DNA of 64,000 nt from Haplodiscus bocki (lineage: Eukaryota). The translations under genes were made by a program, and so were the position numbers. Each line of letters opens with the position of its first letter. Position 1 is the stretch's first letter. The notes beneath the pieces are model-generated. The model was not told the origin of the DNA. It saw only the letters and a program-made list of their open reading frames with translations, and did no database searches. The DNA lies in assembly GCA_965655095.1 (NCBI GenBank), contig OZ296648.1, forward strand, positions 101,556,001 to 101,620,000, in the 5' to 3' direction. This document shows positions 14,501-27,942 of this stretch, one piece after another.

Positions 14501-15310
14501 GGACTGCAACAAAAACACTTCTAAATATTAGACTCCTTTTGTTGTCATCTCGAACCTATATTACTATATCCGCGATTCAAAATTAAAGACGCTTTTTGGG
14601 GTTTCTTAGAAACTACTTACCGTGGACACATGGCAGTTGACACATATGCGTTACGAGCTTTACGCAAACTCGATCCAACAGATCCGGATGTCATCAAACC
14701 CATATGATGTGAACAAATAGCCTTTTAGTAATGGAGTCCAAAAACCGATAATTTAACCAATACCGTAGCTCAAATGTTAATGTTGCATATCCATCTAACT
14801 CGTGTTTATCTACCAACTTTATAAGGAGGCTTTGGCTTGATTGGAATCATTTGACCCTTGATTGGATTCCCATGTAAACACGAGCGACTTTTTCAGGAAA
14901 CGATGTTTGAATTCCCTGGGTTCATCTTTGTCGCTCAGCAAGGATGATATTTAGCAAATTGAGATTCAGAGGTCTCTCGTGCGCAGTATACGGTTGCTTA
15001 GCGCATGTCAAACCATACATGCAATAATGATTCTCAAAACCTATCACCGATGTTGGAACTGCAAAAAGTATGATGTGAAGAGTTTAGTATTATTGAAACG
15101 ATTGCCGATTTTGCATCTGTCAAGTAAGACGGCTTGTAATAACAGGCTCGCAAATAACGTATTTCAAAAGGTAAAAAATAGGGACGAAGAACTTGACTAC
15201 GGTGAATAAAGAAGGCATAACCAAGTTAGGGACCTAGTGGCAGCAGAGAGCACTGGGACAGAAAACTAGCGCAGCTAGTTGGAATAGGAAGTCTCATCCA
15301 CCAAAACAAA
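11600..15310 (-). mobile_element. Highly degenerate Ty3/Gypsy LTR retrotransposon pol (RNase H and integrase recognisable); boundaries approximate
   Basis: Manual minus-strand translation gives KEILVLHFAFDECGHVLWGIKK...IVMTD (RNase H, ~13690-13790) and LKIDLIGELP...VFFGYLFA...(HVLT)G..TAFITQVMS...LQQILKI (integrase core, ~12400-12745), with many stops and frameshifts. PBS-like TGGTGGATGAG near 15293-15303. Confidence 0.75.
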
Positions 15311-16613
15311 AATATTTTTGCTAGAGTTAGATAACTGGGACCACTCTCCAGCCCCTGTAATCTACAAATTCAACTTTCCTGGGTTCTAGATAGTTCGCGA
15401 AAATCAAAATTCTTTCCAAAATTATATTTTACTTCTTGCTCGCGTCAACTTTGGTTCTTTTCGGCTTTTAAATCTTGTTCTCTATTGGCCATTCCTGATT
15501 TAGTAACAATTGAACCCATCGTTTAGGAACTTTTTCGATCGACACAAAGTTATAAATTTGCGTATTTCCGATCGAAGTATTTCTTGTGCACAACGAGTTC
15601 TATTTTTATCCCAAAACATCCCATTTACTTGGATTGCCTTCCAACATTTTGCGTCATCGCTTGCAAATCGTTGGTGACCTAAAGTGATGTTGAGCAGAAA
15701 CAGATTATGATGCTTTTTTGAAAGCGATTTATAGAAAAAAATCGTGTAACCTGTTCCAAATTTAAGTTGAAATAAAGCACGTTTGAATCACGCCTGAACA
15801 TTTCTCCGATAGCTGTATTGCTTACTCCCTCTGAATACGCATCTATTCATTTCCCATTGGAATTATTATTCACTCATGTTCTCCGGATCTATTGCTAGTC
15901 TCCAGTGAAATTTCACAGGATTCAATCAATTGCATGACCTTCACTCCAAGTGAAAACGGTCCCTTTTATGCTCCAAACTATCCGTATTTAGAACATTTCC
16001 TTTTTTCTTATACAATTTACTGAGCCTTTTGATTTCCCAAATCAACTTTTTGGTTACGAATTCAGCATAAGTAAACAAACTTTGCCAAGTCTTGAAATTT
16101 TTTTTTCGTCAGTCTTCCCCAAAGAATGCATCTTTTATTAAAAGTAAATGCCGAGATTTTTCTTATAAATTCTCCCTTTACATCTGCACTTTTTTTGAAT
16201 TTACAACTTCTCAAAACTTTGTAATAGCCTTAACACTTTTTTTCTGAATGAGTAAATGCAAGAATGTCATGATATGCCTCCTCCACCAAGAGCAGATTTT
16301 ATTTCACATTTTCCCGTGAAATTCGAAGGCCGGAATTTTCATGATACCCTTCTCATGTGGCTCATTAGAGTAGAGGAGAACTAAGGCATGAAGACATGCA
16401 TTTTATGTACAAATTCCATTTTCAACTAGTTTTTTCCACGGAATATTGTTTACTTGAGACAGAAAAGGTAGACTCCGAACACACATGTTACAGTTTTCTA
16501 ACCACTTTTGAGAATGTTATCTTGGGCTTGTTTCTGAACCAAGAATGGTCTTCCTCGCGCCCTGGGTCTCATACACTTTTTTATTGACAAAACGATCAAC
16601 GTTAAAATAAATT

Positions 16614-17476
16614 TCATGAAAAGAAAAAGGTAGAATCTTTGACTCTCTCTAAATTCAAATCTCCTCTCTCAGGTATATTTCTCAAATGCTTTTCCAGTTT
16701 AATTTTCAAATCAGGGTCTTCAACTTTGGGCACCAAATTCTCTAGCACGTAATTTGATAAATCGTTCAGCAGAGGTAGAGAATGAAGTTTGATGAACTCG
16801 TCTCGGCAAATTCGATTCATTTCCTCGACAGAACAAGCGTGAGTCCAAAAGCAGTCGTGAACGTGAACAAATGACACTCCGTTTTTGAAACAACTGTGAC
16901 TGGTCAAAAGCATGTGAGCTGCGTCTAAGCAATGAATGTAATTGGGAGCAAACGCGTTTCTTTGTTTTGTACTGTTTGGTTTGTTTTTCAGGGTAACTAT
17001 GCTACTATTACCACAATGCAAATATTTTCGAGTGGCTTTTTTAGAGTATGGTTGTACGATAGGTAGACCCAAAGGCGAGACCCATTCTGTGAAAATTCCT
17101 GCTTCAGATAAGTACCATGCCATGGTTCTCAGCCACTGCTTGATTTTAGCAGTAGCTGTGAACAAATCTTGAACGCCGTCGAACACCTGTTTAGTAATGT
17201 AGGAAGCAGATGTGTAGAGCTGTTGGCCTTGAAGAGAAGAGGCGTCTTTCAGTTTGGATTGTATTTGTTGTCTACCTCCGTAAAAGGTGACCCCGTATAC
17301 TTGGGTCATGACCGTTTGTTTGACAACCTTTCGATTAATCATCCCTTGGAGGTTTTTGCATATCTCAACAAACTGTTCACACTTCTCAAGCTTTCTCTGC
17401 TTTTCTACAATGTCGCTCACTGCTTGATAAACATCTTGCGGCTCATCACCAGGAAGTACATTCACTTGAACAGCAC
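16614..17476 (-). CDS. POLRMT: Mitochondrial DNA-directed RNA polymerase (T7-like single-subunit), exon 2 (C-terminal)
   Basis: Motif B RKVVKQTVMTQVYGVT, FAPNYIHCLDAAHM, motif C HVHDCFWTH and the characteristic C-terminal FFFS-stop. Acceptor tttttag| at 17477; joins exon 1 in phase 1 to give ALGRDSEGAVQVN. Confidence 0.96.
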
Positions 17477-18218
17477 CTAAAAACAAACGAACGTTCAGAG
17501 CTCAAGTCGCAATCCGGCTAATTCCTAGCCCTGGCGACCGCATAAAATCGTATCAAAAACAAGCAATGCCAATTAGCCTGATTTCAATACATTATTTCCT
17601 TCACAATCGGTTCAAAACTGAATACGAATTAAACAATTATCCGAACTGTGAAGATACGAATTAACAGGATTCTACTGTATAAGGGGGGATTGTTAAATGG
17701 AGGAAAGGATGCTAGACACAAAAACACCAAAATTGGGCATTTTCTTTGAAAAAATTGGAGTAATCTTGGATTTATTCTTTACAAAAATGGCTTAAAGCCT
17801 CTTCATCCAACCCTCTAGAACACAGGGGCTTTCTAAAATATGGGTCAGTTTTTTTGGTTTGGTCATAAATTCTCACTGAAACTTTGACGTTTTAGCGGTA
17901 CAAAAAAACGAGTCACTGCTAATAGTTGGCTTTTTACCGCAGACTAAAAATCAAACTGAACAAAGATAAAATTTGACAACAAAATCACAAAGCTCATATG
18001 TAGGTTTCCAACCATCTACTAGATAGGCACGTATTCATAAAAAATTGTTCAAAATAAATAAAAATCGGTTTTCTAAAAATGTTTCGAGCCATTAGTTTGA
18101 CTAAAATTCCGTGTTTCATCCTTCATTAAAAAATGGCTACTAAACACAGCAAAAATGCTAAAAGTTGAGTAAAACATAGCATGAAAAATCGAACACAATT
18201 CTAAACTGTGGCCATTAC
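17477..18218 (-). other. POLRMT intron (742 bp, GT-AG, phase 1)
   Basis: G|GTAATG donor at 18218 and tttttAG acceptor at 17477; spliced CDS is 4146 nt, a multiple of 3. Confidence 0.9.
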
Positions 18219-21200
18219 CTTCGCTATCTCGTCCAAGAGCAGCATAATGTTGTAGACCATTGCAAGATCCGTCTTGGTGTATGGGTAGATGAGACACATA
18301 CTTTGCTATATCTCCACTTTTCACTGCATTTGATATCTCAAAGCAACACGCAAGACATTGGAAAGGCTCGTCGAGAGTTGTCCACCATCGGAATCCAGAC
18401 AGAGGCTTGGCAGCACTGTCCAGAATCAGATCCATGTGCGAGTCAACATACTGAAGTCTATCAGAATACCCCATCCTCTTGCAGTTCCCACTCAAACTAG
18501 CAAATTGAAGTTTCAGCCACATGAAACCAGTTTCACCCAGCGGTTTACCCTGAGCAAACATAAGCAGAGCTCTTGTTTTGTCATCACCGATGTGATTGAA
18601 CACAGGCGGAATGTCGTAGCAACGCCCTCTGAAATCCATATTACTCGGAAACCAAAACGCCTTCTCGTTCTTCAGACGATCAGCGATTGACAACTGGTAC
18701 AGTAAACTCATTCTCAGCCCGTAATTGTCAGTTTCAGCTTGTTTTAGTTCTTTTGCGCGCTTAAAAATTTGTAATTCGTTGCCTTTCTTGGGAGAACTGG
18801 GATGATTTTTCTCCAGATGAAGACGCATATTTTTCTGATCCAACGGAATATCTAATTGTAAATCTCCGCCGCTTTTGAACAGATGAGAAACAACATCAAA
18901 AACTTGTCTGTTAATTCTCCACGGCACAGATGAGAAGGTGTAAACACTGTCGTAGATTGCATCCATGTCGGGATCATTCACAACAACTTTCTTGAGAAGT
19001 GCTTCTTTCACCAGAGTCCACGCCTCGCTAGACATTCCAATACGCATAAACTGACAAGGACTCACAAGGTAGCCGCCGTGGTTCTGACTGCACCATGGCA
19101 CTGGAGGTACCAAAGTGGGTATACAAGTGGCCAACATTTTGATCTTCGACCTATTCGTTTCACGAGCCATTAGCGTGAAAAACAAATGAGGGTACACAGT
19201 CAAATGTGTTCGGGCAGCTATAGTGGCGCTTCTAGCCCCTGTGTACGAAGAGTTCTGGGTGATGTAGCGAAACGACAGACATGGCAGAGACCTCCAGCGT
19301 GAATTTCTACTGTGTACATTCTGGTCGTTTTCGAATCCTCTGAGAGAAAACTTTTCAGCCACGTTTGTTGGAACTTGACAATGTTTAAGAAGAATTGTGA
19401 TCAGCAGACGGCACAGCTGGGAGCAACTTTTGGCAGACCATTGGCTCGGAAAGTCGTGAATTCCAGGTCCCAGTTCGCTGTATTCATTTTGCAAACTTAT
19501 CCATTTATCACGAGCACTAACCTGCAGACTCTCATCTTCTTCAAAAAACAGTTTTGCAAATTTTGGATAAATTATATCCAGTTTCTCCATGTAGCGCGTT
19601 CTCATAAGATACTGTTGATAAAAACTGTTAAACAAGAATTGTTCAATTTGGTTGCTGATTTCGAAATGAGGCATGGCGATTTCGTTAGCACCAATTGTCA
19701 GCGCAATCTCAATCAAATGGTCGACAAGAGCATTCAAATCTATAACTTGCAACACCTCGTAGAGGTCTTTGTCGAAAAAATTTCCCCGCTTTTGCAAATG
19801 AAGAGCTTCTACAATTTCGTCCGTCATCTTGCGATGCCAGTCTTTCAACACGTCATCTATTTCTCGCAAATTCTGCTGAGAACTTCTCTCTTTTCCTTTT
19901 AGAGAGCGCCCCTTTTTCCCATTGGTCGTTTTCGCAGATTGCACATCACAATCTACAGCTTCAATAGATGTTACAGGTACATTTACAAGGTTTTCATACT
20001 TAAGTTGACGATGATAATTGTGTATTAGTTGGTCGTATGTTAGAATATCGGTCAGTTTATATTGAGGTGGAATTTTATCTGAGCTCATAGGAACACAGAT
20101 ATCTTGGGAAGCTATCATGCTATAACGTTTGAAGAGCTGTTCCTGTGCAGCGCTCTCAAAACGTGGAAATATTTTGTCTACTTCCAGTTCTACTTCATAA
20201 AGTTTTGCCAAACGTGGCAAAATATTTGAGGCGAAACTTTGCAACTCGCCCATTGAGAAGCCTTCAATGTCACTCCATCCAATTTTCCCGTGGCTCATTA
20301 TTTGTTTGAGCAACTCTTTTCCTTTTCCGCATTTATCATTACATTTACCCAGAAGTGTTAAACTGGAAACAAGGAATTCCAGAGATGGTGTCAAATGGTC
20401 TCTAGAAAGCAGTTCCAGGGCCCAATCTACGTAAGAAACTCTTGGGTCTGCCAAACCAGCGTGTTTGAAAAACAGGCAAAATATTTGTTGGTATTTTTCG
20501 CTTTTCAGACTGCTGCAGTCAAAAGAAAGATCTACCTTCCGAATTCTTTCAATATAAAACAATCGCTTTCTGAAAGCTGTCGTGATAATGGGCAGAGCCA
20601 GCGGTAGTTTGTTGGACATGATACAAATCTGAGTTCCAATTTTGGCATTTTCAAAACATCGCTCAATTGAGTCCACGTTCTTAGCGCAGAAAAACAACGC
20701 TTTTCTTTCAGCAGATCCTAGCATTTCATCGTTTAGACATCTTACCGCTTTTCTCAGAAGACTCATGTCGAAAGGTAGAAGTTTTGGGTTGCTTTTTTCT
20801 TGCGCTTGCAAAATAGTTGCTGTCCGCTCAATGTCTTCTTCTGAAACAAGTTTTTTATCCTCGGTGTGATCACGCATATTCATCGCAAACAGTTTTCTCT
20901 TCAAGCTCTTCACACTAGTATCTGTATCGACCTGCATCTCTTTCATTTTGCCCCTCACGATTCTTCTACTGGCCTGGAATAACAAACTCTGCTGATAAAT
21001 TTCGAACATTTTCTTTTTGTTATACGTACTCGATGCTCGAGGTACATTTTCCCTTGTGGCCGCAATCCCCTCAGACAGCCGTGTGCTTTCACCTGTTACT
21101 ACGGGCTCAATTTTTCCACAAATAGCAGCACTGGTTTTGCGCCCACGGCGCTTTTCTTCCTTGACATTATTTCCCCCAGATAATATTCGATTGCAATTCT

Positions 21201-21501
21201 CAAATTTTTCCTCAACAGCATCAACGTTTTCCGACTTGGGTTTGATGTTAAGTTTGCCATGCATTATTACCTGTGATGACTTGCAAACCACCTGAATTTT
21301 TGAGAATGCAGAAAATTTTCTGGCAAGAGGAGGAACCAAATTGCTGCCTTCAGGGCCAGTTGGAGGACAATTGCCGCCATGTTGAAACAAGTCGCGTCTA
21401 TTTCGAGTGAAAGAAGGTGACAAGGTCCTACTTCGAAGCAATTGTGTAGTCTGAGCAACACCCCATTCTGAACTTCGTTCACATAAGCGAAAAAGTCTCA
21501 T
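18219..21501 (-). CDS. POLRMT: Mitochondrial RNA polymerase, exon 1 (Arg/Ser-rich presequence-like N-terminus, N-terminal domain, motif A)
   Basis: PTLVPPVPW, VPWRIN, FWFPSNMDFRGRCY, FAQGKPLG...WLK, WWTTLDEPFQCLACC and motif A PIHQDGSCNGLQHYAALGRD; N-terminus MRLFRLCERSS... resembles a mitochondrial targeting peptide. Confidence 0.96.
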
Positions 21502-22831
21502 GATGCGACAACTTCATTTCACCTCAAACCACAAGAAACCGAACTCCAAATGTCAAAATCGGCAATCGATTGAAACCAAAGTTATGCCAAGAGTCTGTAG
21601 CAATGCATTGCACCGCTACTAGTGAAAAGGACGCAATTTTGCCAGCGAAGCGGTTTAGGGGCTCAAAATGCGATCACTTAACGAAAACTGAGGTGCTACT
21701 GAAAACTCATCATTATCTTTGAATACAGCCGATTAGCGGTTGTTTTTGTTTTAAAAGCAGCATTAGGAATCAGTGGTCCACAGAAAAGCGCTATTAGCGG
21801 AGTTGCAATACACTGGTCCACGGTGAAGACGTCTAACTCTTAAAAGTCCCAATTTGTCAGCTTACGTTCTGCAGTATTTTAGCGATTGGTGAAATAGCGA
21901 CCGGAACAGTTATAACAAAGTGTTTCACATTCAAATTTCAATCTTTCGTGCAACCTCAAAAACTGATTGGCAGCGAGGCAATTTCGGTTGAACCAGTGCT
22001 TTCTTAGAAAGCTCTTATTTTTCATGCGCTAAGGCTGTGCAATTAATGAAAATTGACTTTTAATTAAATATCAATCAAGTACTGAAGCAAAATGTCGATT
22101 ATCGATGATTATCAATCACTGTTATTGCGACATTCAAAAAAAGTTTTGAAAACGTACACTATATACTGGACAGAATGGATGCATTTTGAACCCGTATCCG
22201 TAAAACACGTTTTTATCAGTGCTTATTAGTCTACATTTTTCTATGTCAACAAAAGAAATGGTGAATTTATGACTTGACTTTAGTCCAGTGATTGCAAACT
22301 TCGCTACTGAAACTCAGCAATTTAAAGTTGAAATTATTTAAAATAATAATCGAACTTGGTTTCGATTGTCAATGCTTTTTCAATCAATCCTCTATTAGTT
22401 CGTCGGACATCAATTAATCGCACAGCCATATCATGCGCAATAAATAAGCAATCGTGATCTTTCGACTCGTTTTCGCCTGGCATACCACTTCATCTGTGAT
22501 GTACGTTAATTATCGCTCAAAAGTACGTTCATTTCTTGCCCTTAAGTCAATAAATCAATCACATAAATGCAACACATAATAGTCAATTCGATATCGGTCA
22601 TAGGTCATAGCAATACATTTATTTTCAATTCACATGAAGTAAAATGAGGTTGTCAATTGGACTGATTGAAAAGAAGGAGCGAGTGAAGAATCAGTTTCCA
22701 GGGCGGGGATGTTGATTTATGATTAGAAATAGTCAAACAGATAAGTATAAGTCAACCAAACAGATACGTGGTTTAGCACTCACACGGGTTGCTAAGGTTG
22801 CGACCAATGACACAACGCATCATTGCTTTGT

Positions 22832-23542
22832 CTACCGGAAGAGAAAGCTGTAAGGGTATCCTTGATACTTTCCTCTAAAAATGGAAAGGAGCAAGCTGAA
22901 GAAGACAGTGATGACAATCAAAGCGCCTACCACCATCACTCTTCGTTTGCCCACGTCTTGTCCTGCACCACCAGAGGAACTGGTGCCAAATTTGCTGCCA
23001 GTTGCACTTTCTCCAGCAGGTGTAGACTCCGTTTTGGGCGCAGGGGTGGATCCCGATTTGATTAGAAGGATAAACCCAAACGACACCAAACCGTTCAGCA
23101 CTAGAATGAAGTGGGACTCAGCAATGAACTGTCCTTGGCTACTTCCATGGATGTAACTGATTTGTCCAGTCTGAGGGTTGCGGTGTGCGAAGGGAGGTCC
23201 GCGCATGTGATTCCACATCTGGCCACTAGTCATTGCCAAGATTGCCATTAGACAGATGACTCCCCACAGCTTGCTATTATAGATGAAATCGAGATTATTG
23301 CGTTTCATGAAAAGAACTCCGGCGACAATGATGAAGAGCAAACTCATGGCAATTGTTCCTGAATAGTTGGGTGGTCTAAACACTCGGATTTGGACCCCAG
23401 TTCGCTCCAACGCCCATTTAGCGATGCTCTCAGCGCTGAATCCGAGCTTCTGCATCTCAAACGTGTCGTCACTCTTTCGCTTTCCTTTCGGCGGGAAATG
23501 AATGATGACGGGCGCAGAGTTTAGATTCATCATTTGGAACAC
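22832..23542 (-). CDS. MAGT1: MAGT1/TUSC3 (OST3/OST6 family) oligosaccharyltransferase subunit, exon 3
   Basis: [74 protein letters not shown]; four TM segments; acceptor ttcag| at 23543. Confidence 0.95.
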   Translation of the reverse strand: MFQMMNLNSAPVIIHFPPKGKRKSDDTFEMQKLGFSAESIAKWALERTGVQIRVFRPPNYSGTIAMSLLFIIVAGVLFMKRNNLDFIYNSKLWGVICLMAILAMTSGQMWNHMRGPPFAHRNPQTGQISYIHGSSQGQFIAESHFILVLNGLVSFGFILLIKSGSTPAPKTESTPAGESATGSKFGTSSSGGAGQDVGKRRVMVVGALIVITVFFSLLLSIFRGKYQGYPYSFLFR

Positions 23543-23715
23543 CTGAATCAAAATAAGCTGAATGAACAAATTAAAATTCTTTTCAATTTATTATTTTCCA
23601 TCCAATATTCCATTTAGGAAGGAAAATCATTTGTTCACATTTTACCTAAAATTTGCCAATCGCACGATCGTCTAATTGTGCCCTGTTAGCATAAATAGCA
23701 GGAGTGATCGAATGC

Positions 23716-23853
23716 TCGATTCTGATTGGTCGAGACAAATGTGCGTGAAACGTGTTACCAAAAAAAAGCATGGCGTCACAAAAATATTCGATTCTGATTG
23801 GACGAGACGAAAAAATGCGGGAAATTTGTTACTATAAATAGCATGACGTCATC
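23716..23853. repeat. Two diverged ~71-bp direct repeats (tcgattctgattgg.cgagac...tgttac...agcatg.cgtca)
   Basis: Visible duplication starting near 23717 and 23788. Confidence 0.6.
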
Positions 23854-24201
23854 AGCTCTTGCGAATAGGAATCGAGTAGTTGAATTTTAATTTGACCATA
23901 GAGGAAGTCCTGCTGGCTCAACGGTTAATGCATTTGTGATAGTAGGACCTCTGGTCCAACTAGAGAGATTAAGTGCTCCAGTATCTGACGGAACTAAAAA
24001 ATTAACAGGAGGAAAATATGCCGGTGGTAGCCGAGCGTCTTGTTTACTCATTTTGAACCAAAATTCCTTTAATTACGCTCTCTCAAGACTTGAAATATGC
24101 CCCTTTATTCAGATTTGAAAAAATCTTATCACGGTGGATATGCGAAATGACGGGAAAACCCCGTCTTTGTGGACATTCACACTAAATACTGACCAAAAAA
24201 C

Positions 24202-24247
24202 TGCGTACATGACACTGCTTCAAATGCGTACATGACACTGCTTCAAA
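24202..24247. repeat. Perfect 23-bp tandem duplication tgcgtacatgacactgcttcaaa x2
   Basis: Direct reading. Confidence 0.9.
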
Positions 24248-27049
24248 TCATCTCCCTGAAAAATTTTTGTCCCTTTGTTCGCCTTTTCGTCCTTATTACG
24301 CATTTTATTTCAACCGAAACTAGCAATTTCTTCCACTCAAAAAATGCGTATTTCGCGGCGAAGGCGAATATGCCAATTTGGCGGCAATTCAAAAGGTACT
24401 AAATCGGTATCAGGCCATTTAGGGCGTTTTGCGAATTGACGGAAAATGGAGACTGCACTGTGCCCATAATTATGAGCAAGTGAATTTCTCAGGCAGCGAA
24501 TTGTTCAGGGCATAGAAGACAAAATTTTTTGAATAGAAAAACATGACTCAAGATTTACTATTCGAATTTTCTATTAAACTATTCAATTTCAATCAAAAAT
24601 TAACAGTTAAAACGAAACTTTTTGTGAATATCCAACTTGAAGGATGAGAGAAATTTCGAAACACATTCTGAATCAGCTGAGATCAAAGTTTTCGAAACAC
24701 CATCGTAACCATGATTGGCACTTTTAGAATTACTACACCAGCAGTCAATAAATCGCTTGTTCCAAAAAACCGAATTGAGAAAAGTAACTGTCATAGCCTC
24801 TCCCACTCAAACATTTGATTTTCCAATCAAGTCTTTTTAGTTTAGGCTATTCAACAGGCCAACATGACCGAGTTTGCACACTTGGTAACGCAAAAATGAA
24901 CAGGTACCTGACACAATGTCCCATAAAAAAAGAAAATTGATATGCAAGACACTTGCGAGCTCAGCAAAAATTCACTAGATTGACTACTCGAACGTTTAGA
25001 GTAATGCTCACAATAAAAGTGGCAAGGTAAAAGCAACAGAATGTGGAATCGACATGTTAATGGTCAAATGTTTAAATTTCATTCAAAAATAGAACTTCAT
25101 TATTGCCATCGGAAAATTTATGAAATTTGCACTTAAACATTCAATATGTCACAACTTTCATGGACGCTGTTGTTAATTTTTTCAGAACAATGCTTCTGAA
25201 ACATTAGCACTTTTTAGAACGCGCAAAACACTACGTCCCTGTCAAATGTCTCAAAAGAGGCCATTTTTGGCCACTCACACTACACTTCTACAGTTTCTGA
25301 TAACTTCAAAAAGTGCTGGTTTTGAATAGGATAAGTACATAGGTACTAACGACATAACAAGGATGAAAGGCATTGAGCGATGACAGTTTTGAATAATGAA
25401 AAAAATTGTGATTTATCACTCCCCGATTGCCGAAAATAAGTGGTTGAATTCAACAAAATTCCTATTGCGTCGTACATTCAAAGCGTCAAAAATTTTGGAG
25501 GGTTTTGATTTTTGAAAAAACTTCTACGCTTTGAATAACTTGCAACGATTTAATGCTATTGAAAATAGAAAAATTTCCCCATCCGATGAATGTCACCATT
25601 TTGAAAAATAGGCCCCTGACAGGGCCCGAAAATCGAAGCAAAAACATTAAATAGTCATAAATAAAGTCCCCTGGTTATACTTACCTAAAAGATAATCATA
25701 CCGAGGTCTAGGTGCTACAACAAAGGACTTAAACTTGATGAAGTGTCGTAAAAATAGCCAAACTCAGCTCGATTGAAGATTCTTTCTCAACAAAAACCTA
25801 TCAAAAAGTTTTCAAACCTCAAGTAAAACTTATCCGTTGACGGACTGGAGCCTGCTCATACTTTGTATGCAAATTTTGAATGATTTTAAAATCTAGGCGC
25901 AAAGATATAACATTTAAATCTGACGAAAAACCCATCAAAAATTTTTGAATCCATACCAAAACCTATAAGTTAATAAACAGGAGTTTGGTTGTAACGCCTA
26001 GTTCAAATTCAGCTGATCTGCTGATTTAATAGAAATCTCATTACCTAGCCGAAATATAATAAATCGCGAAAACTAGTTCGAATTTCAAAATTTCTAGCCA
26101 AAGGTGATGAAAAAAAGTGAAGAAAAATATCTTTCAGCCTCATACCAAAAACTAATAGTTGATGAATTTGCTATGCAAACTTCAGTGGTTTAGACAACTA
26201 GATGCAAGGATAGCCTTGAGAAAAATCTGAGATAGAGGAAGTAAGTTCGGTTTTAGAGATTTTTTCCAAAAAAAACCTAGGGAAGAACTTTGAAACTCAA
26301 CCGAAACTTGATAGATTGGAGTCCGCAAATTCGGGTAATTTGGTAGACCTAGGTGAAAGGATATAGCACTCAAATTTGACTTAACCTTGAAACCAAAAGC
26401 AACTTCCTTCCAGATTTCTTCGAAAATCCATCAAAAATTACATGAACCTCAACCTAAACGTATCACGTTGTAAATGAGAGTCTTATCGTGATGTCTTCGT
26501 AAAATCAGAAAAAATAGGCTTCAAGAGAAAAAACTTTGAAAAAAAACTGATGCAAAAATGTAACGGTAGAAAACAGAAGTTGCATATGAAAATTGTATGT
26601 TGATCTCTGAAGCTTCATTCCTCTTGCTTCATAGTATACGTGCACACACATAAATATTAGGAATCTAATTGAACCGCAGTTACAAGTGAGGTCAGTTGAA
26701 GTGAGGCAGAAGTGTCAATTGAAAACTTCATTCGAAAAATTTGGAACTATTTGGTACTAAAGAGTATTAATTAGCACACGTACTTGGAATCGCCGAGTAT
26801 ATAGCGAAGAGTAGCGTCTGTTCTAGCTTGAGGAAGCGAAGAGTAAATGAAAACAAATTAAAAAGTAAATAAAAACTATCATTCATTCTATCGCTCAGCC
26901 TCGCTCCATCAGTCAATCACGGCGCGTTTGCGCAGAAAAAAAGTAAAATCTATAGGCATTAAGTTTCACCTAATGCCTAAAAACTGGGCATAAGCCGGTT
27001 TCAATACACATCCTCCTTTCAGTTCGAAGGTCGCCTACCACCGGCATTT

Positions 27050-27420
27050 ATTTCACCGTTCAACTTTTACAAAGATGCTTTTTAGAAGGTTGAAATCGTT
27101 TTTTTTCTGATAAATACTTTTTCCTCAGCAATTTTTCAAACTTCTCCGAATTAAAAAAATTTCTAATTTATTGGAATAAAAACTGAATTTAGGAGGAAAA
27201 GAGACATTTTTAAGAAATAATATCACTTTATACGAATTCTACAGCAAATTTGCCAGAAACGATTTTGAAAAGAAAATCATGTTTTTATTTCTAAAAAAAC
27301 CCAGATTCTTTTCCCAAAAAAACAAATTTGTACGTATTTGAGAAATCTTACTATTTTGGTCGCATTCTACGGCGAATTTGCTATGATTTAGTAAGAGAAA
27401 ACTTTCAAATTCAGAATCGT
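27050..27420. repeat. Dispersed non-coding repeat, copy 1 (copy 2 at ~43180-43480)
   Basis: Shared blocks atgctttttagaagg, attctacagcaaatt, tacgtatttgagaaa, aatttgctat in the same order and orientation. Confidence 0.7.
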
Positions 27421-27754
27421 CAGTTTGCCGGACACGTACATTCTCAATTAGCAAGTAAATGTAAAAAAAACGACCGCGTTCACTCGTTGATTTTCTTTCC
27501 ATATTTAAATATGGGCGGAAATTACAAAAAATTGTGATCAAAAGATAAGATTTCTGGCAAACCCTATTTTTGGATTATCATTATTTTGACCGCCAGTTTG
27601 AGCCTAAAAGCAGAGTTCTTGATTCAGTGATTTTGCACATTGCACTTCCAAGAGAAAATATGGAATCTCCTCAGAAGTGTTGCATCGAATACGTAGCCTG
27701 AGCATGTAACCCAAAAAATGCAAGAGTCGATGTGACATAGATTGATTTACTTGC

Positions 27755-27942
27755 CTCAGATCCCTCGTCGAAATCAACCGATGCGAAATACAGTTCGGAA
27801 TTAGCGTAGGCACTAGAAAATCTCCATGAATTCGCCACAATTTGATACTCTTCCAAAACTTCACGACAAATTTGACATCCTCGTTGAGGTGATAGAGCAG
27901 TGAACATGACGATTGTGCTGTAATTCCGAGGCGATGCTCGAA
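27755..27942 (-). CDS. MAGT1: MAGT1/TUSC3 exon 2 (thioredoxin-like domain with CxxC)
   Basis: (V)RASPRNYSTIVMFTALSPQRGCQICREVLEEYQIVANSWRFSSAYANSELYFASVDFDEGSE; acceptor tttttag| at 27943, phase 1. Confidence 0.93.

Larger units (their letters stand above)
23543..27754 (-). other. MAGT1/TUSC3 intron 2 (4212 bp), non-canonical GC-AG, phase 0
   Basis: Exon 2 ends DFDEGSE with GAG|GCAAGT. Only this donor gives the in-frame family sequence DFDEGSE-VFQM. Confidence 0.8.

Noticed and set aside
18073-18218. C-terminal tail of the 1142-aa ORF (NGHSLELCSIF...)
   Set aside because: Read-through into the intron after the GTAATG donor; the conserved sequence continues in exon 2.
19312-19902. 196-aa plus-strand ORF and other short ORFs antisense to POLRMT, 4CL-like and MAGT1
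   Set aside because: Shadow ORFs of real coding strands with no motifs or independent signals.
16614-21501. T7-like phage RNA polymerase, prophage or horizontal transfer
   Set aside because: It has a GT-AG intron, a presequence-like N-terminus and eukaryotic neighbours; it is the nuclear-encoded mitochondrial RNA polymerase.
21560-22375. Inverted-repeat element upstream of POLRMT
   Set aside because: Short, patchy inverted matches that do not define clear ends or a TSD.
23716-24247. CRISPR-like repeats
   Set aside because: Only two-copy duplications without unique spacers; eukaryotic intron and no cas genes.
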